This document shows positions 37,263 through 47,455 of a stretch of 64,000 nt of DNA, one piece after another. The position numbers and the translations under genes are program-made. Position 1 is the first letter of the stretch. The number at the start of each line of letters is the position of its first letter. The notes beneath the pieces are model-generated. The model searched no databases, was not told the origin of the DNA, and saw nothing but the letters and a program-made list of their open reading frames with translations. Source of the DNA: Cenarchaeum sp. (GTDB lineage Archaea > Thermoproteota > Nitrososphaeria > Nitrososphaerales > Nitrosopumilaceae). The DNA is taken from assembly GCA_965242695.1 (NCBI GenBank), contig CBDESU010000002.1:704001-768000 (forward strand), written 5' to 3'.

Positions 37263-40200
37263 ATGCGGCTAGGTTTGGCCCTGCTGCTGGCCCTCGCTGT
37301 GGGGCTGGCCGTACTTCCCGCGGCGGTGGACATCGGATCGTATGCCATGCATGGCAGCGACGCGGCCGAGCCGCACGGTCAGGAGCCGGGCATTATTGCC
37401 GTGGCCGACACCGACAACCACCGCATCCTAGTGTTCCATTCCAACGGCACCTTTGCCCACAGCTTTGGGTCGTACGGCTCGATCCACGAAAAGTCCTCCT
37501 ACTTGACCTACGGCCAGTTTCACTCGCCGTCCGGCGCCGCCGTCGGCCCAGACGGGCGGATCGTCGTGGCCGACACCGGCAACCGCCGCATCCAGGTGTT
37601 CAGCGCTGACGGCACTTTTGTCAACGTCCTTTACTTCGGCCGGTATGACACGCCGTACGCCGCCGCATTTGCCCCCAACGGGAGCATCGTGGTGGCCTAC
37701 AGCGACAGCACGTACGTCAGCGGCAGCGGCCGCCAATACGAGAGCCGCATCCAGGTGTTCAACGCGGACGGGACGCGCACCCCTGGCTTCGGGCTGTACG
37801 GTGATGTCGTTCCCTCATCCCCGTCCGACATCGCCGTCGGCCCCGACGGCCAGATCGCGGTGTCACACAGCAACAGCCACACACACATCCACCGCATCCA
37901 AGTCTACCACCCCAACGGCACGCTTGCCATTGCGTTTGGGTCGTACGGAGTAGGACCCGGGCAGTTCCAATCTCCCTCAGGTGTTGCAATCGCCCCCGAC
38001 GGCCGGATCGCGGTGGCCGACACCGGCAACGACCGCATCCAGGTGTTCCACCCCAACGGCACCCTCGCACTTGCGTTTGGGTCGTACGGCGCCGGCCCTG
38101 GACAGTTCATATCACCGTCCGGCGTTGCAATCGCCCCCGACGGCCGGATCGCGGTGGCCGACACCGGCAACGACCGCATCCAGGTGTTCCACCCCAACGG
38201 CACGCTTGCCAGCGCCATTGGGACCGTTCCCGACGCAGGACGGGGCTATGCCGTTCCCGAAGTCGCCGTCGCCCCAGACGGGAAGATCGTGGTGGCAGAC
38301 GCCAACAACCACCGCATCCATGTCTACCACCCCAACGGCACCCTTGCCAGCGCATTTGGGTCGTTCGGTGAGGGGCGCGGGCAGATCCAAGATATGAAAG
38401 ACATTGCCGTCGCCCCCGACGGGAAGATCGTGGTGACTGACTCCCCCCACTCCAACGGATTGGCCAGGCGCATCCAGGTGTTCAACGCGGACGGCACACC
38501 CGACCTCGGCTTTGGGCCGCGCGGCGACGGGACTGCGTACTTGCGCCTGATATCCAACTATCCCTGCTACGTGCGTTCTTACGATGCCCCGCAGCCCATA
38601 TCCGCCCTCGCCGTCGCCCCCGACGGGAAGATCGTGGTGGCCTACAACAGCGGCAGCAGGAATTATATTCCAGACTACCATATACGAGTGCTCAACGCGG
38701 ACGGCACGTGCGACCTCGACTTTGGTTTGGATTTCCAAAGCACCGCGCGCACGGTATCCGTAGACGCCCTCGCCGTAGCCCCCGACGGGCGGATCTTGGT
38801 GGCCTACAGCGAGGGAGTCGATCGCCACCGCGAGGGCCGCATCCTAGTGCACAACGCGGACGGCACGCGCGCCGATCCGCCTCGCATTTCGGCGTATGCC
38901 GTTTGGCCCTCGCGGGTCGGGAATGTGATCGACATGGCAGTCGCCCCAGACGGGCGCATCGCGGTGACTCACGCCTACAGCAGCCGCATCCACGTGCTCA
39001 ACGCGGACGGCACGCCCGCCAATGTCTTTGCAACGTTCGGAGACTTTTTCCGTTGGGGGCCACGCCCGTCATCCATGGCCGTAGCCCCCGACGGGGGCAT
39101 CGTGACGGCCGACACCTACAACGATCACATCCAAGTGTTCCACCCCAACGGCACGCGCGCACTTGTCTTTCCATCGTCGCTCGCACGGGAGCCATGGACG
39201 ACCGACGCCGCCAGCGACGGCCCCCATCCACACGGCATGCCAGACCTCGACTTTGCGACGTCCCGCGTCGGCGCCTCGTCCGTCGCCGTCGCCCCCGACG
39301 GGAGCATCGTGACGGCAGATGCCAGCTACCACCGCATCCTAGTGCGCAACGCGAACGTCACGCCCGCCTTTTACATAGGGTCGTTCGGCGCCGGACCCGG
39401 GCAGTTCGACTACCCATCCGGCGTCGCCGTCGCCCCCGACGGCCGCATCGTGGTGTCCGACACCGGCAACCACCGCGTCCAGGTGTTCAGTGGCGACGGC
39501 ACGTATTCCTTTGGTTTTGGGTCGCGCGGCAACGGGACAGGGCAGTTCGACTACCCGTCCGGCGTCGCCGTCGCCCCCGACGGCCGCATCGTGGTGTCCG
39601 ACACCGGCAACCACCGCATCCAGGTATTCGACGCGGACGGCGCTCCAACCCTCATCATTGGGTCGACCGGCAACAGGTCTGGGCAGTTCGACTACCCGTA
39701 CAGCGTCGCCGTCGCCCCCGACGGCCGCATCGTGTCGGCCGACATCGGCAACGGAGTCCAGGTGTTCCACCCCAACGGCACGTTTGACCTGGGGTGGTAT
39801 GTGGGCGAAGTCAGGGGCGTGAACCACCCGACACCTCTGGCCGAAGTTGCTGTCGCCCCGGACGGAAAGATCGTCGTGGCAACCGTCATAGTACCCGGCC
39901 AACTTATGCCCTACGGTGTAGGAGTGTTCCACCCCAACGGCACGCGCGCCTTTGACTTTCTGTCCTACTACGGTTCTCCCCGCTATGGTGGCACCCCGAC
40001 AGGCGTAGCCGTCGCCCCCGACGGGAGGATCTTGGTGGCTGCCGGCAACCTCTACGGGTTCGACGCGGACGGCACACCCTCCTTTGCCTTTGGTGGACGT
40101 GGTGGATATGCCAATGAACCGTCCGGCGTGGCCGTCGCCCACGACGGAAAGATCGCGGTGTCCGACCATCACAGCCACCGCATCCGCGTGCTCGACGCGG

Positions 40201-42416
40201 GCGGCGCTCTGGTCCGCACCATTGGGTCGTTCGGTAGCGGGACGGGGCAGCTCCAATATCCCCAAGACATCGACATTGGCGGCCCCGACGGCCGGATCGC
40301 CGTGGTCGACGGCAGGCCATTATTCTGGGCCAACCCAGACCGCATCCAGGTGTTCCACCCCAACGGCACGTTCGCCTTTTCCATCGGGCCGCACGACGTA
40401 GACGACGAGGCGGCAGGGCCGTTCTACCCGAGCGACGTCGCCGTCGCCCCCGACGGGAGGATCGTGGCGGCCTACAACAACGACTACAGGGTCAGGGGGC
40501 CGTGGGGCCCCCTTGACCCACATGTCAGGGTGTTCGACGCGGACGGCACCTTCTCCTTTGCCTTTAGGCCGCCGCCCGACGGGCTGCCGTGTTCTTTGCA
40601 CGGCGTTGATGTTGCTCCAGACGGGAGGATCGTGGTGGCCACCTCTGCCAACTGCCTCGGCGGCGGCTCTCGTAGCAGCATTCAGGCCTACCACCCAAAC
40701 GGCACGTTTGACACCACCATCAAGTCGGGGGCATACTGGGACGTCGCTGTCGCCCCCGACGGGTGGATTGCTGCGGTGAACTACGTCGGCCACAGGGCGA
40801 ACTACCGCGCGAATATCCAGGTTTTCGACTCCAGTGGCGTGGGCCATTCTAACATTGGCACTAAGGGTGCGGGGGCCGGGCAGTTCTCTTGGGGCGTGCC
40901 AGACATTGCCGTCGCCCCCGACGGGAGGATCGTGGTGGCCGACAACAGCAACGATCGCATCCAAGTGTTTCAACGAGACGGCACGCTAGACCGCATCTTG
41001 GGGTCGTCCAACCTCGGCTTTGCCGCAGGCGCCGGGCCGCTGCGATCTCCAGCAGGAGTAGCCATTGGCCCTGCCCAGCCCCCCGTCGTCGTCGAGCCCC
41101 CGCCCCCGTTCAACGGCACCGGGCCGCCTCTGGCGCCCAACGGCACCGCTCCCCAGCCCCCCGTCGTCGTCGAGCCCCCGCCCCCGTTCAACGGCACCGG
41201 GCCGCCTCTGGCGCCCAACGGCACCGCTCCCCAGCCCCCCATCGTCGTCGAGCCCCCGCCCCCGTTCAACGGCACCGGGCCGCCTCTGGCGCCCAACGGC
41301 ACCGCTCCCCAGCCCCCCGTCGTCGTCGAGCCCCCGCCCCCGTTCAACGGCACCGGGCCGCCCCCTGCACCACCACCCCCGGCCGTCGCAGGACCGGGCG
41401 GCGGCATCGGGACGCCCGGCTTCGCCGGCGTCGGGGCCGCATCGCAGCTGGTAATCGACGTGGCGAGGCTGGCAGACTCTAGCGCCTCGCAGATCTCGGG
41501 CGACCCGAATGCGAGCACCGCGACGTTCCCGCCGCGCGAGACGGCCGTGGTTACGCCGTTTGTAGAGGTCACGTTCCCGCCCAGCGTGACGGCCTCGCGC
41601 GTGCCGTCCGATGGCTTGCTTGCCCTGAACGTCTCTGCAGAGGCGCCGCCCGACGAGCAGGTGCAGCGCGCACTTGCGTATGCAGGGTCGGGGCGCGTCG
41701 TACCGCAGAGGATTGTCGAGGTGGGCGGCTCTAACAGCGGCGGCGGAGCAGAGCGCGTCACGTTCGATCAGCCCGTCCGCATAGTCCTAGAGGGGCAGGC
41801 GGGAGGCCGCGCATTCTACATCCAGAGCGCGGGCGGCGCGATCATGCCCATTGACGCCGCCTGCGCTGCCGACGATACGGCCAGGGTGCACCGGCAGCTG
41901 GCCGGCGCCGGCGAGTGCTGGGTGGACTCTGCGGACGGCAACGACAAGATCATCTACACGTACCACTTTACCCGGTTTGGCACCGTGGTGTCCGAGAACG
42001 GGGCTCTGCCGCCCGTGGTCCACACGTGCTCGGCGCGCCTCGGAACGCCGAACCTAGACGTGAGCGCATCCCTCGGCGAGCAGTCGTCTCCCGTGCAGCA
42101 AGCGCTGATCAACTCGGGATCGCTGCCGTTCGCAAGAGTAGAGCTTGAGGCGACGCCGTGGTACGTTGACTGGGACGGTAGCGCCCCGCCCGCCGCGGGC
42201 CATCCGTCCCTGCCCTCCTCGATCTCCGAGGTGCTCTTCGAGGACGTCGACTTCGGCCATGTGGCAACGGCTGTCAATGGGACGGTGGTTGCACGCGGGC
42301 TCGGTGGCGGGGACATCGCGCCATTGTCGTTCGTGGCAGACCTGACTCCGTATGACGAAGTACAGGGCAGCGCACTTGTTCAGTATGTTACGTACCTAGC
42401 CCAATGCAGCCGGTAG
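37263..42416 (+). CDS. Large secreted NHL-repeat (beta-propeller) protein with Pro-rich linker and C-terminal domain
   Basis: Signal peptide; more than 20 repeats of PSGVAVAPDGRIVVADTGNxRIQVF; start uncertain (ATG 37263). Confidence 0.9.
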   Translation: MRLGLALLLALAVGLAVLPAAVDIGSYAMHGSDAAEPHGQEPGIIAVADTDNHRILVFHSNGTFAHSFGSYGSIHEKSSYLTYGQFHSPSGAAVGPDGRIVVADTGNRRIQVFSADGTFVNVLYFGRYDTPYAAAFAPNGSIVVAYSDSTYVSGSGRQYESRIQVFNADGTRTPGFGLYGDVVPSSPSDIAVGPDGQIAVSHSNSHTHIHRIQVYHPNGTLAIAFGSYGVGPGQFQSPSGVAIAPDGRIAVADTGNDRIQVFHPNGTLALAFGSYGAGPGQFISPSGVAIAPDGRIAVADTGNDRIQVFHPNGTLASAIGTVPDAGRGYAVPEVAVAPDGKIVVADANNHRIHVYHPNGTLASAFGSFGEGRGQIQDMKDIAVAPDGKIVVTDSPHSNGLARRIQVFNADGTPDLGFGPRGDGTAYLRLISNYPCYVRSYDAPQPISALAVAPDGKIVVAYNSGSRNYIPDYHIRVLNADGTCDLDFGLDFQSTARTVSVDALAVAPDGRILVAYSEGVDRHREGRILVHNADGTRADPPRISAYAVWPSRVGNVIDMAVAPDGRIAVTHAYSSRIHVLNADGTPANVFATFGDFFRWGPRPSSMAVAPDGGIVTADTYNDHIQVFHPNGTRALVFPSSLAREPWTTDAASDGPHPHGMPDLDFATSRVGASSVAVAPDGSIVTADASYHRILVRNANVTPAFYIGSFGAGPGQFDYPSGVAVAPDGRIVVSDTGNHRVQVFSGDGTYSFGFGSRGNGTGQFDYPSGVAVAPDGRIVVSDTGNHRIQVFDADGAPTLIIGSTGNRSGQFDYPYSVAVAPDGRIVSADIGNGVQVFHPNGTFDLGWYVGEVRGVNHPTPLAEVAVAPDGKIVVATVIVPGQLMPYGVGVFHPNGTRAFDFLSYYGSPRYGGTPTGVAVAPDGRILVAAGNLYGFDADGTPSFAFGGRGGYANEPSGVAVAHDGKIAVSDHHSHRIRVLDAGGALVRTIGSFGSGTGQLQYPQDIDIGGPDGRIAVVDGRPLFWANPDRIQVFHPNGTFAFSIGPHDVDDEAAGPFYPSDVAVAPDGRIVAAYNNDYRVRGPWGPLDPHVRVFDADGTFSFAFRPPPDGLPCSLHGVDVAPDGRIVVATSANCLGGGSRSSIQAYHPNGTFDTTIKSGAYWDVAVAPDGWIAAVNYVGHRANYRANIQVFDSSGVGHSNIGTKGAGAGQFSWGVPDIAVAPDGRIVVADNSNDRIQVFQRDGTLDRILGSSNLGFAAGAGPLRSPAGVAIGPAQPPVVVEPPPPFNGTGPPLAPNGTAPQPPVVVEPPPPFNGTGPPLAPNGTAPQPPIVVEPPPPFNGTGPPLAPNGTAPQPPVVVEPPPPFNGTGPPPAPPPPAVAGPGGGIGTPGFAGVGAASQLVIDVARLADSSASQISGDPNASTATFPPRETAVVTPFVEVTFPPSVTASRVPSDGLLALNVSAEAPPDEQVQRALAYAGSGRVVPQRIVEVGGSNSGGGAERVTFDQPVRIVLEGQAGGRAFYIQSAGGAIMPIDAACAADDTARVHRQLAGAGECWVDSADGNDKIIYTYHFTRFGTVVSENGALPPVVHTCSARLGTPNLDVSASLGEQSSPVQQALINSGSLPFARVELEATPWYVDWDGSAPPAAGHPSLPSSISEVLFEDVDFGHVATAVNGTVVARGLGGGDIAPLSFVADLTPYDEVQGSALVQYVTYLAQCSR
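41076..41361 (+). repeat. 78-bp in-frame tandem repeat (QPPVVVEPPPPFNGTGPPLAPNGTAP, about 3.7 copies)
   Basis: Units start at 41076, 41154, 41232 and 41310; near-identical. Confidence 0.92.
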
Positions 42417-42680
42417 CGCTGGCGGCCGGGCTGCGGGGCGTAGCGCCGGCCCGTGCAGCTAGCCTGCCGTACGCCGTATTACGCCCCACCTTCAACCTAG
42501 TTCGGTTCTGGGACCATAGCAGGCCCTGCCGGCGGCCGTCTCGGGCGGGTCACGGGACATGAGCCGCCCCCATCCGCCCGCCGGCGAAGGCCCGGGCCCT
42601 GCACACTTGCCGTCATGCACCGTATTACGCCCGAGGTCCGTTCACCGCCAGGTTGCGACACTGCTATGCACGGGCCGGCA

Positions 42681-43124
42681 TCAGGGCGCCGCGCCGATCA
42701 TGACCGAGACGGTCCCGATCACGTTGCCGTTCGGGTCTATCGTAATATCGACGCTCTGGCCTTCGGGCACCTCGAACGCCTTTTGCCCCTGGTAGTCCCA
42801 GGTGTAGTACTCGGAGATCGGCGACTTGTGCAGCGTGCCGTCGAGCTCAAAGTCGTCGGCGAACGAGAACGACTCGCCCTCCATGCTGATCGACAGGACG
42901 CGGGGGCTGTCGCCGTTGGGGACGAACTTGAACTCGTACCTGCCGGCCGCAATGTCAAACGTCCTCTCGTGGATGCCGTCGACGTACTCTTCCTCCCACA
43001 AGAGGGCGTGGAACGCAAAGCCCTGCCTGGCAGAGCCTGTCGTGTCCGAGGCGACGGTGTTGATGACGAACAGGGCGGCGATGGCGGCCACTGCCGCTAT
43101 TGCCGCGTACGCCGCCTTTTTCAC
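42681..43124 (-). CDS. Conserved hypothetical exported protein
   Basis: N-terminal TM/signal; FVPNGDSP, SEYYTWDY, IDPNGN; TTAATT box about 25 nt upstream. Confidence 0.75.
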   Translation of the reverse strand: MKKAAYAAIAAVAAIAALFVINTVASDTTGSARQGFAFHALLWEEEYVDGIHERTFDIAAGRYEFKFVPNGDSPRVLSISMEGESFSFADDFELDGTLHKSPISEYYTWDYQGQKAFEVPEGQSVDITIDPNGNVIGTVSVMIGAAP

Positions 43125-43367
43125 GCCCCGCCCGCGGCGCCGGGCCAAATTAAGTCTTGCCGGCGGCCGGCCCGCGGATGGGAGCAGAGCGGGGCGGAGC
43201 CGCCGCCTGCCTCTTGGCTCGCAGTCGTTGCCGCCCCCGCCTTTTGCATGCGCGTACGCCGCCTGCCCTTGGCGGTGCCATGAACCGCGCCCCGACCCGA
43301 CCTGCCGGCTCGCCTTCCCGCTCGGGAGGCATCTGCCCGCGGGCCTCCGCCCCCGCCGCCCGGACGG

Positions 43368-43467
43368 CTAGGGAATGTCGATTCGTCCCTGCCTGTCCCA
43401 GCGCGGGAGTCGAGACAGCGGTGCGGGGCATGCCGCCGATGTCCAATGACGGCACGCCCGACGCACC
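43368..43467 (-). ncRNA. Candidate structured ncRNA
   Basis: 18-bp hairpin GGUGCG-uc-GGGCGUGCCGUC/GGCGGCAUGCCC-CGCACC with G-U pairs on this strand, two further stems, CTTAAT box about 28 nt upstream. Confidence 0.4.
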
Positions 43468-43906
43468 GGCGCGAGTCCACGAAGGGCGGCATTAAGGCTA
43501 ACCCTGAGCCTGTCGGGATGCTAGGGTTGCCCGGCAGGAGGCGTCCACTGCCCTGCACAGCTTGCGTTTGGCGGCAATCATGCGGCCGTGCTTGAGTTGC
43601 CCGGCAGGAGGCGCCCGCCGCGCGGCACAACGGGGGCGATGACACTGCGGCCACCCTTGGCGCCGGGGCGCGGCAGGGGGAGGCGGCCAGAGACAAGGGC
43701 GCACCTCCCCCGATGCCTAGGCCGCCCCGCCGCAGCCCTCCCCGCCGCCCCGCCGGCGCGTGGCAGGGCGCCTCATCCCCCTCCGGCACCTGTGCGCCGC
43801 CAGGCCGCCCTCCGCCCCCCGTCGCCCGCGCCTTGTCGGCCATTGTTGACCAGTTGTCAACCGAACTTGACCCCCTCCATTAAGCCGCCGCCCGCCAGCA
43901 TGGGGC

Positions 43907-44569
43907 ATGACACGCTTTGAAGACACGTGGACGCGGCCCGTCTCGCCCGGCCTGACCGAGCGACTAGGCACCGCCGTCCACCCCCCGGGCCCCCTCAAGC
44001 CCAGGATAAAGACCGCCGTCCAAAGCATACAGCAGCAGGTCGGCAAGCTCGACGCCATCCTGGCAAAGCTCAAGGACAAGGACGCAAAGCTCTTCCAAAA
44101 GGTCGTCGCGGCCACGCAGCAGCACGACGCGCACGCGAGCAGGGTCCTGTCCAGCGAGCTTGCAGAGGTGCGCAAGGTCACAAAGGTCCTCGGCAACACG
44201 AGGATAGGCCTGGAGCAGATCGAGCTGCGGCTTACCACGTGCAGCGACATCGGGGACACAGTGATGACCATAATGCCCACCGTCGGCCTGATGAGGGGCA
44301 TACAGTCGTCCCTGGCCAGGTTCATGCCCGGCGCGGACCAGGAGATCGGCAAGATGACCGAGATGCTCGGCGGCCTCATGACCGAGACGTTCTCGGGAGA
44401 CTCGATGTTCGGCTCCGGCGAGGTCTCCAACGAAGAGTCCGACAAGATACTCCAAGAGGCCGCCGCGGTCGCAGAGAGCTCGGTCGGGACCAAGTTCCCG
44501 TCGACCCCGTTCGACCTCGACGAGCACGCAAAGGCGGCCGAGCAGCAGCAGCCAGGCAAGTTTGCCTAG
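43907..44569 (+). CDS. cdvB: CdvB/ESCRT-III (Snf7) cell-division protein paralogue
   Basis: PGPLKPRI, LSSELAEVRKV, LEQIELRLTT, KILQEAAAVAE. Confidence 0.88.
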   Translation: MTRFEDTWTRPVSPGLTERLGTAVHPPGPLKPRIKTAVQSIQQQVGKLDAILAKLKDKDAKLFQKVVAATQQHDAHASRVLSSELAEVRKVTKVLGNTRIGLEQIELRLTTCSDIGDTVMTIMPTVGLMRGIQSSLARFMPGADQEIGKMTEMLGGLMTETFSGDSMFGSGEVSNEESDKILQEAAAVAESSVGTKFPSTPFDLDEHAKAAEQQQPGKFA

Positions 44570-44603
44570 CCGCAAACACCCACCCCCCTCTTCTATTTCT
44601 CTC

Positions 44604-45317
44604 CTAGGGTCCGGCTCCGGCCGCCGCCCCTCCCCCGTTCTGCGGCGCGGACACCGAGGCCGCCCGGGCCGACAGCTCGGCCCTGACGCTCTTTATCCTG
44701 CCGCCCTCGTCGTTGACGACCTCGTCGATGTTGGCCAGGCGGCCCCTCAGGTCGGTAATGATGGCGCCGACCTCGTCGGCCTCGCCCTCTACCATGGCGC
44801 GCTTCTCGGCCAGGTCGCGCATGCCCCTGCTCTCCTCGTCGATGTACTCCCTGATCTTGACGAGCTTTTCGCGCAGGTTCTTGATGTCGACGAGCTCGTC
44901 CTCAATGTCCTTTTCGAGCCGCGTCCGCTTGTCCTTTAGGTTCTTGATCATGACGCCGACGTAGTCTATGGCCTCTTCCAGCCGGGCGCGCTTGCCGATC
45001 AGCGCATCGATGCCAATGTCCGACGAGCCCTGCAGGGGAGCCTGCATGCCGCTTCCTCCTCCAGCCTCCTGCCCGGCCGCGGGCTGGGCCCCCTGCCCTG
45101 CGCCGTCCTGCCGCCCCGCCTCGGCGGCCACACTACCGCCGCCGCCCTCGCCGTACCCCGAGAACCGCTCCGGCCCGGCGGCCGCCGCCTCGGCCTGCCC
45201 CGCCGCCAGGCCGTACGGGTCGGCGGCCACACTACCGCCGCTGCCGCCCTGCTCGGCCAGCCCGGCCCCTTCCCCGCCATCCCCGTCCTTCTTGAAGCGG
45301 TCAAAGAGCCCAGCCAT
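44604..45317 (-). CDS. Hypothetical coiled-coil protein
   Basis: Low-complexity N-terminus then heptad-rich LEEAIDYVGVMIKNLKDKRTRLEKDIE. Confidence 0.7.
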   Translation of the reverse strand: MAGLFDRFKKDGDGGEGAGLAEQGGSGGSVAADPYGLAAGQAEAAAAGPERFSGYGEGGGGSVAAEAGRQDGAGQGAQPAAGQEAGGGSGMQAPLQGSSDIGIDALIGKRARLEEAIDYVGVMIKNLKDKRTRLEKDIEDELVDIKNLREKLVKIREYIDEESRGMRDLAEKRAMVEGEADEVGAIITDLRGRLANIDEVVNDEGGRIKSVRAELSARAASVSAPQNGGGAAAGAGP

Positions 45318-45416
45318 TTAGCCCGGGGCGGGGCCGGATGTTATTAAACAGTCGTATCGGGCGCCGCCCGCGCCGCCCGATCAACCTTCATATTGCTAGC
45401 GCCGCGGCCGCCCAGC

Positions 45417-45611
45417 ATGGCATCCCGGGCCATCTGCGCCGGCGTCGGCATACCGATGATGGCAGTAGGCGCGCTCATCGCCGTCCTGTGGTCGCCGGCG
45501 GCCGCGGACCTTGCGGGCACGGTAGAGTTCGTCGGCGGCACTATAGGCATACTCGGGGCGGTCTTCTTCATCGCCGGCCTGTTCTACACGCGCGAGCCGG
45601 TCATGCGCTAG
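45417..45611 (+). CDS. Small two-TM membrane protein
   Basis: Two hydrophobic helices, host codon use. Confidence 0.6.
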   Translation: MASRAICAGVGIPMMAVGALIAVLWSPAAADLAGTVEFVGGTIGILGAVFFIAGLFYTREPVMR

Positions 45612-45682
45612 GCCCCCGCCGGACCGCGCCCCCTGCACGACCGGTTAAATTGAGCATCCCCCGTCCGGCCGCGTTGAAGCCG

Positions 45683-46396
45683 GTGCGCATCTCCGAGGTG
45701 TTCACGTCGCTAGAGGGCGAGGGCGTCCTGCTCGGCACCAAGACGCTGTTCGTCCGGCTAGCCGGCTGCCCGTTCAGGTGCGGCTACTGCGACACGGACT
45801 ATGCGCTGCCCATGGACTCTGGCACAGAGTACGGCATGGACGAGGCGTTCGAGCTCGTGCGCGGCTCGCTCGAGAGGGGCACGTTCAAGGTGAACTTTAC
45901 CGGCGGCGATCCGCTCGTGCAGCACGAGGCCGTCGCCGAGCTGGCCCGGCGCGTCCGCGGCGAGGCCGGCACGCCGACGTACCTAGAGTCGTCGTGCTAC
46001 GACGCGGCGCGGTTCAGGGCCGTCCTGCCCCACATGGACTACGTAAAGGCCGAGCTCAAGACGGCCGACTCGGGGTTCGTCGACGAGGCGCGCTACCCGG
46101 CCCTGCTCGAGAGCGCGCTCGAGTGCCTGCGCGCGTCCGTCGCCCTCGGCACGTTCACCTACGTCAAGATCGTCGTCGGCGCCTCGACGTCGGCGGCCCA
46201 CCTTGCCGACCTTGTCGGGAGGGCGCTAGAGGCGGCGCCCGGCGGCGCCGGCCTGTCCGGGATGGTCATCCAGCCGGTCACGGGGAGCGGCGCGCCGTCC
46301 CTCGGCCACCTGCTGCGCCTCTACGATGCGGCCCGGCCGCTGTACGAGGACGTCCGCGTCGTGCCGCAGCTGCACAAGGCGATCGGCGCGCCCTGA
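45683..46396 (+). CDS. queE: 7-carboxy-7-deazaguanine synthase (radical SAM)
   Basis: [38 protein letters not shown]. Confidence 0.92.
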   Translation: MRISEVFTSLEGEGVLLGTKTLFVRLAGCPFRCGYCDTDYALPMDSGTEYGMDEAFELVRGSLERGTFKVNFTGGDPLVQHEAVAELARRVRGEAGTPTYLESSCYDAARFRAVLPHMDYVKAELKTADSGFVDEARYPALLESALECLRASVALGTFTYVKIVVGASTSAAHLADLVGRALEAAPGGAGLSGMVIQPVTGSGAPSLGHLLRLYDAARPLYEDVRVVPQLHKAIGAP

Positions 46397-46440
46397 GCGG
46401 CATTCCCACGACTTTTATAGGGCCTGCCCAGACGGGGGGC

Positions 46441-47007
46441 GTGGATGCGGACAGGGTGCGCAAGCTCGTGCGCGAGCTGATCATCGAGATCGGCGAGGAC
46501 CCGACGCGCGAGGGGCTGCGCGGGACGCCCGACCGCATAGCGCGCATGTACTCCGAGATATTCGGCGGGTACGAGTCGGACTCGGAGCTGTCCGTGCAGT
46601 TCTCCGAGGACTCTGACGTCGTCGTGGCACGCGACATCCAGTTCTACTCGATGTGCGAGCACCACATGCTCCCGTTCTTTGGGCGCGTGAGCATCGCGTA
46701 CGCGCCCAACGGCCGCGTGTTCGGCGTCTCAAAGCTCGTCAGGCTCGTCGAAAAGTACGCCCGCCGCCTGCAGATACAGGAGCGCCTCACCCGCGACATC
46801 GCCGACGAGCTGTACTCGCGCGGCGTCAAGGGCGTCGCCGTCGTGGCCGAGGCCGAGCACCTGTGCATGAAGATGAGGGGGGTGCGCAACGGGGCGCGGA
46901 TGACGTCGAGCGCGTTCCGCGGCACCTACCAAGAGGCCAGCGAGAAGGCCGCCGTCGTCTCGATGATCCGCCGGCCGTTCCACGGCCAGTCCCCCGACGC
47001 GGCGTAG
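46441..47007 (+). CDS. folE: GTP cyclohydrolase I
   Basis: [43 protein letters not shown]. Confidence 0.95.
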   Translation: MDADRVRKLVRELIIEIGEDPTREGLRGTPDRIARMYSEIFGGYESDSELSVQFSEDSDVVVARDIQFYSMCEHHMLPFFGRVSIAYAPNGRVFGVSKLVRLVEKYARRLQIQERLTRDIADELYSRGVKGVAVVAEAEHLCMKMRGVRNGARMTSSAFRGTYQEASEKAAVVSMIRRPFHGQSPDAA

Positions 47008-47089
47008 CGGGCGCGCGCGCGGGAGGGGGTGCGCAGGCGCCGCCAGCCCGCCTTGAATAATTAAATACCGACCCGGCCGGCGCGCGGGC

Positions 47090-47434
47090 GTGACGGCGCA
47101 CGACAACGTCCACATACCGAGCGAGTCGTGGCCGAACTGGACGTGGTACGCCCTAGAGTTCGGCGTGGTCCTGGCCGTGTCCATGGTCATAGGCTGGAAG
47201 ATCTCGGATGCGATCCTAGGCGACGTGGCGGCCGTGCTCGGCCACGCCGGCGCCCTCGAGTCGTGGGCCGGCCTGACCGTGCACTCGACCGAGTTCAAGG
47301 CGCTCGACGATGCGATCGAGCGCAAGATCGTCGCCTACTCTAACTGGATATTCTACGGCATACTAGGCACGATATTCGGCGTGTGGTACCTCGTCATACG
47401 CGGGATCGTCCTCAAGAAGAGGATACTGCGCTAG
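47090..47434 (+). CDS. Conserved hypothetical membrane protein
   Basis: HIPSESWPNWTWY, two TM helices; AATTAAAT box upstream. Confidence 0.7.
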   Translation: MTAHDNVHIPSESWPNWTWYALEFGVVLAVSMVIGWKISDAILGDVAAVLGHAGALESWAGLTVHSTEFKALDDAIERKIVAYSNWIFYGILGTIFGVWYLVIRGIVLKKRILR

Positions 47435-47455
47435 TAGGCGCCCGCCCCTCGCCGG

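Noticed and set aside
43160-43900. SRP RNA or RNase P RNA in the long intergenic gap
   Set aside because: Neither the SRP helix-8 (CAGG...GGAA...AGCA) nor the RNase P GAGGAA...UCC signature was found on either strand
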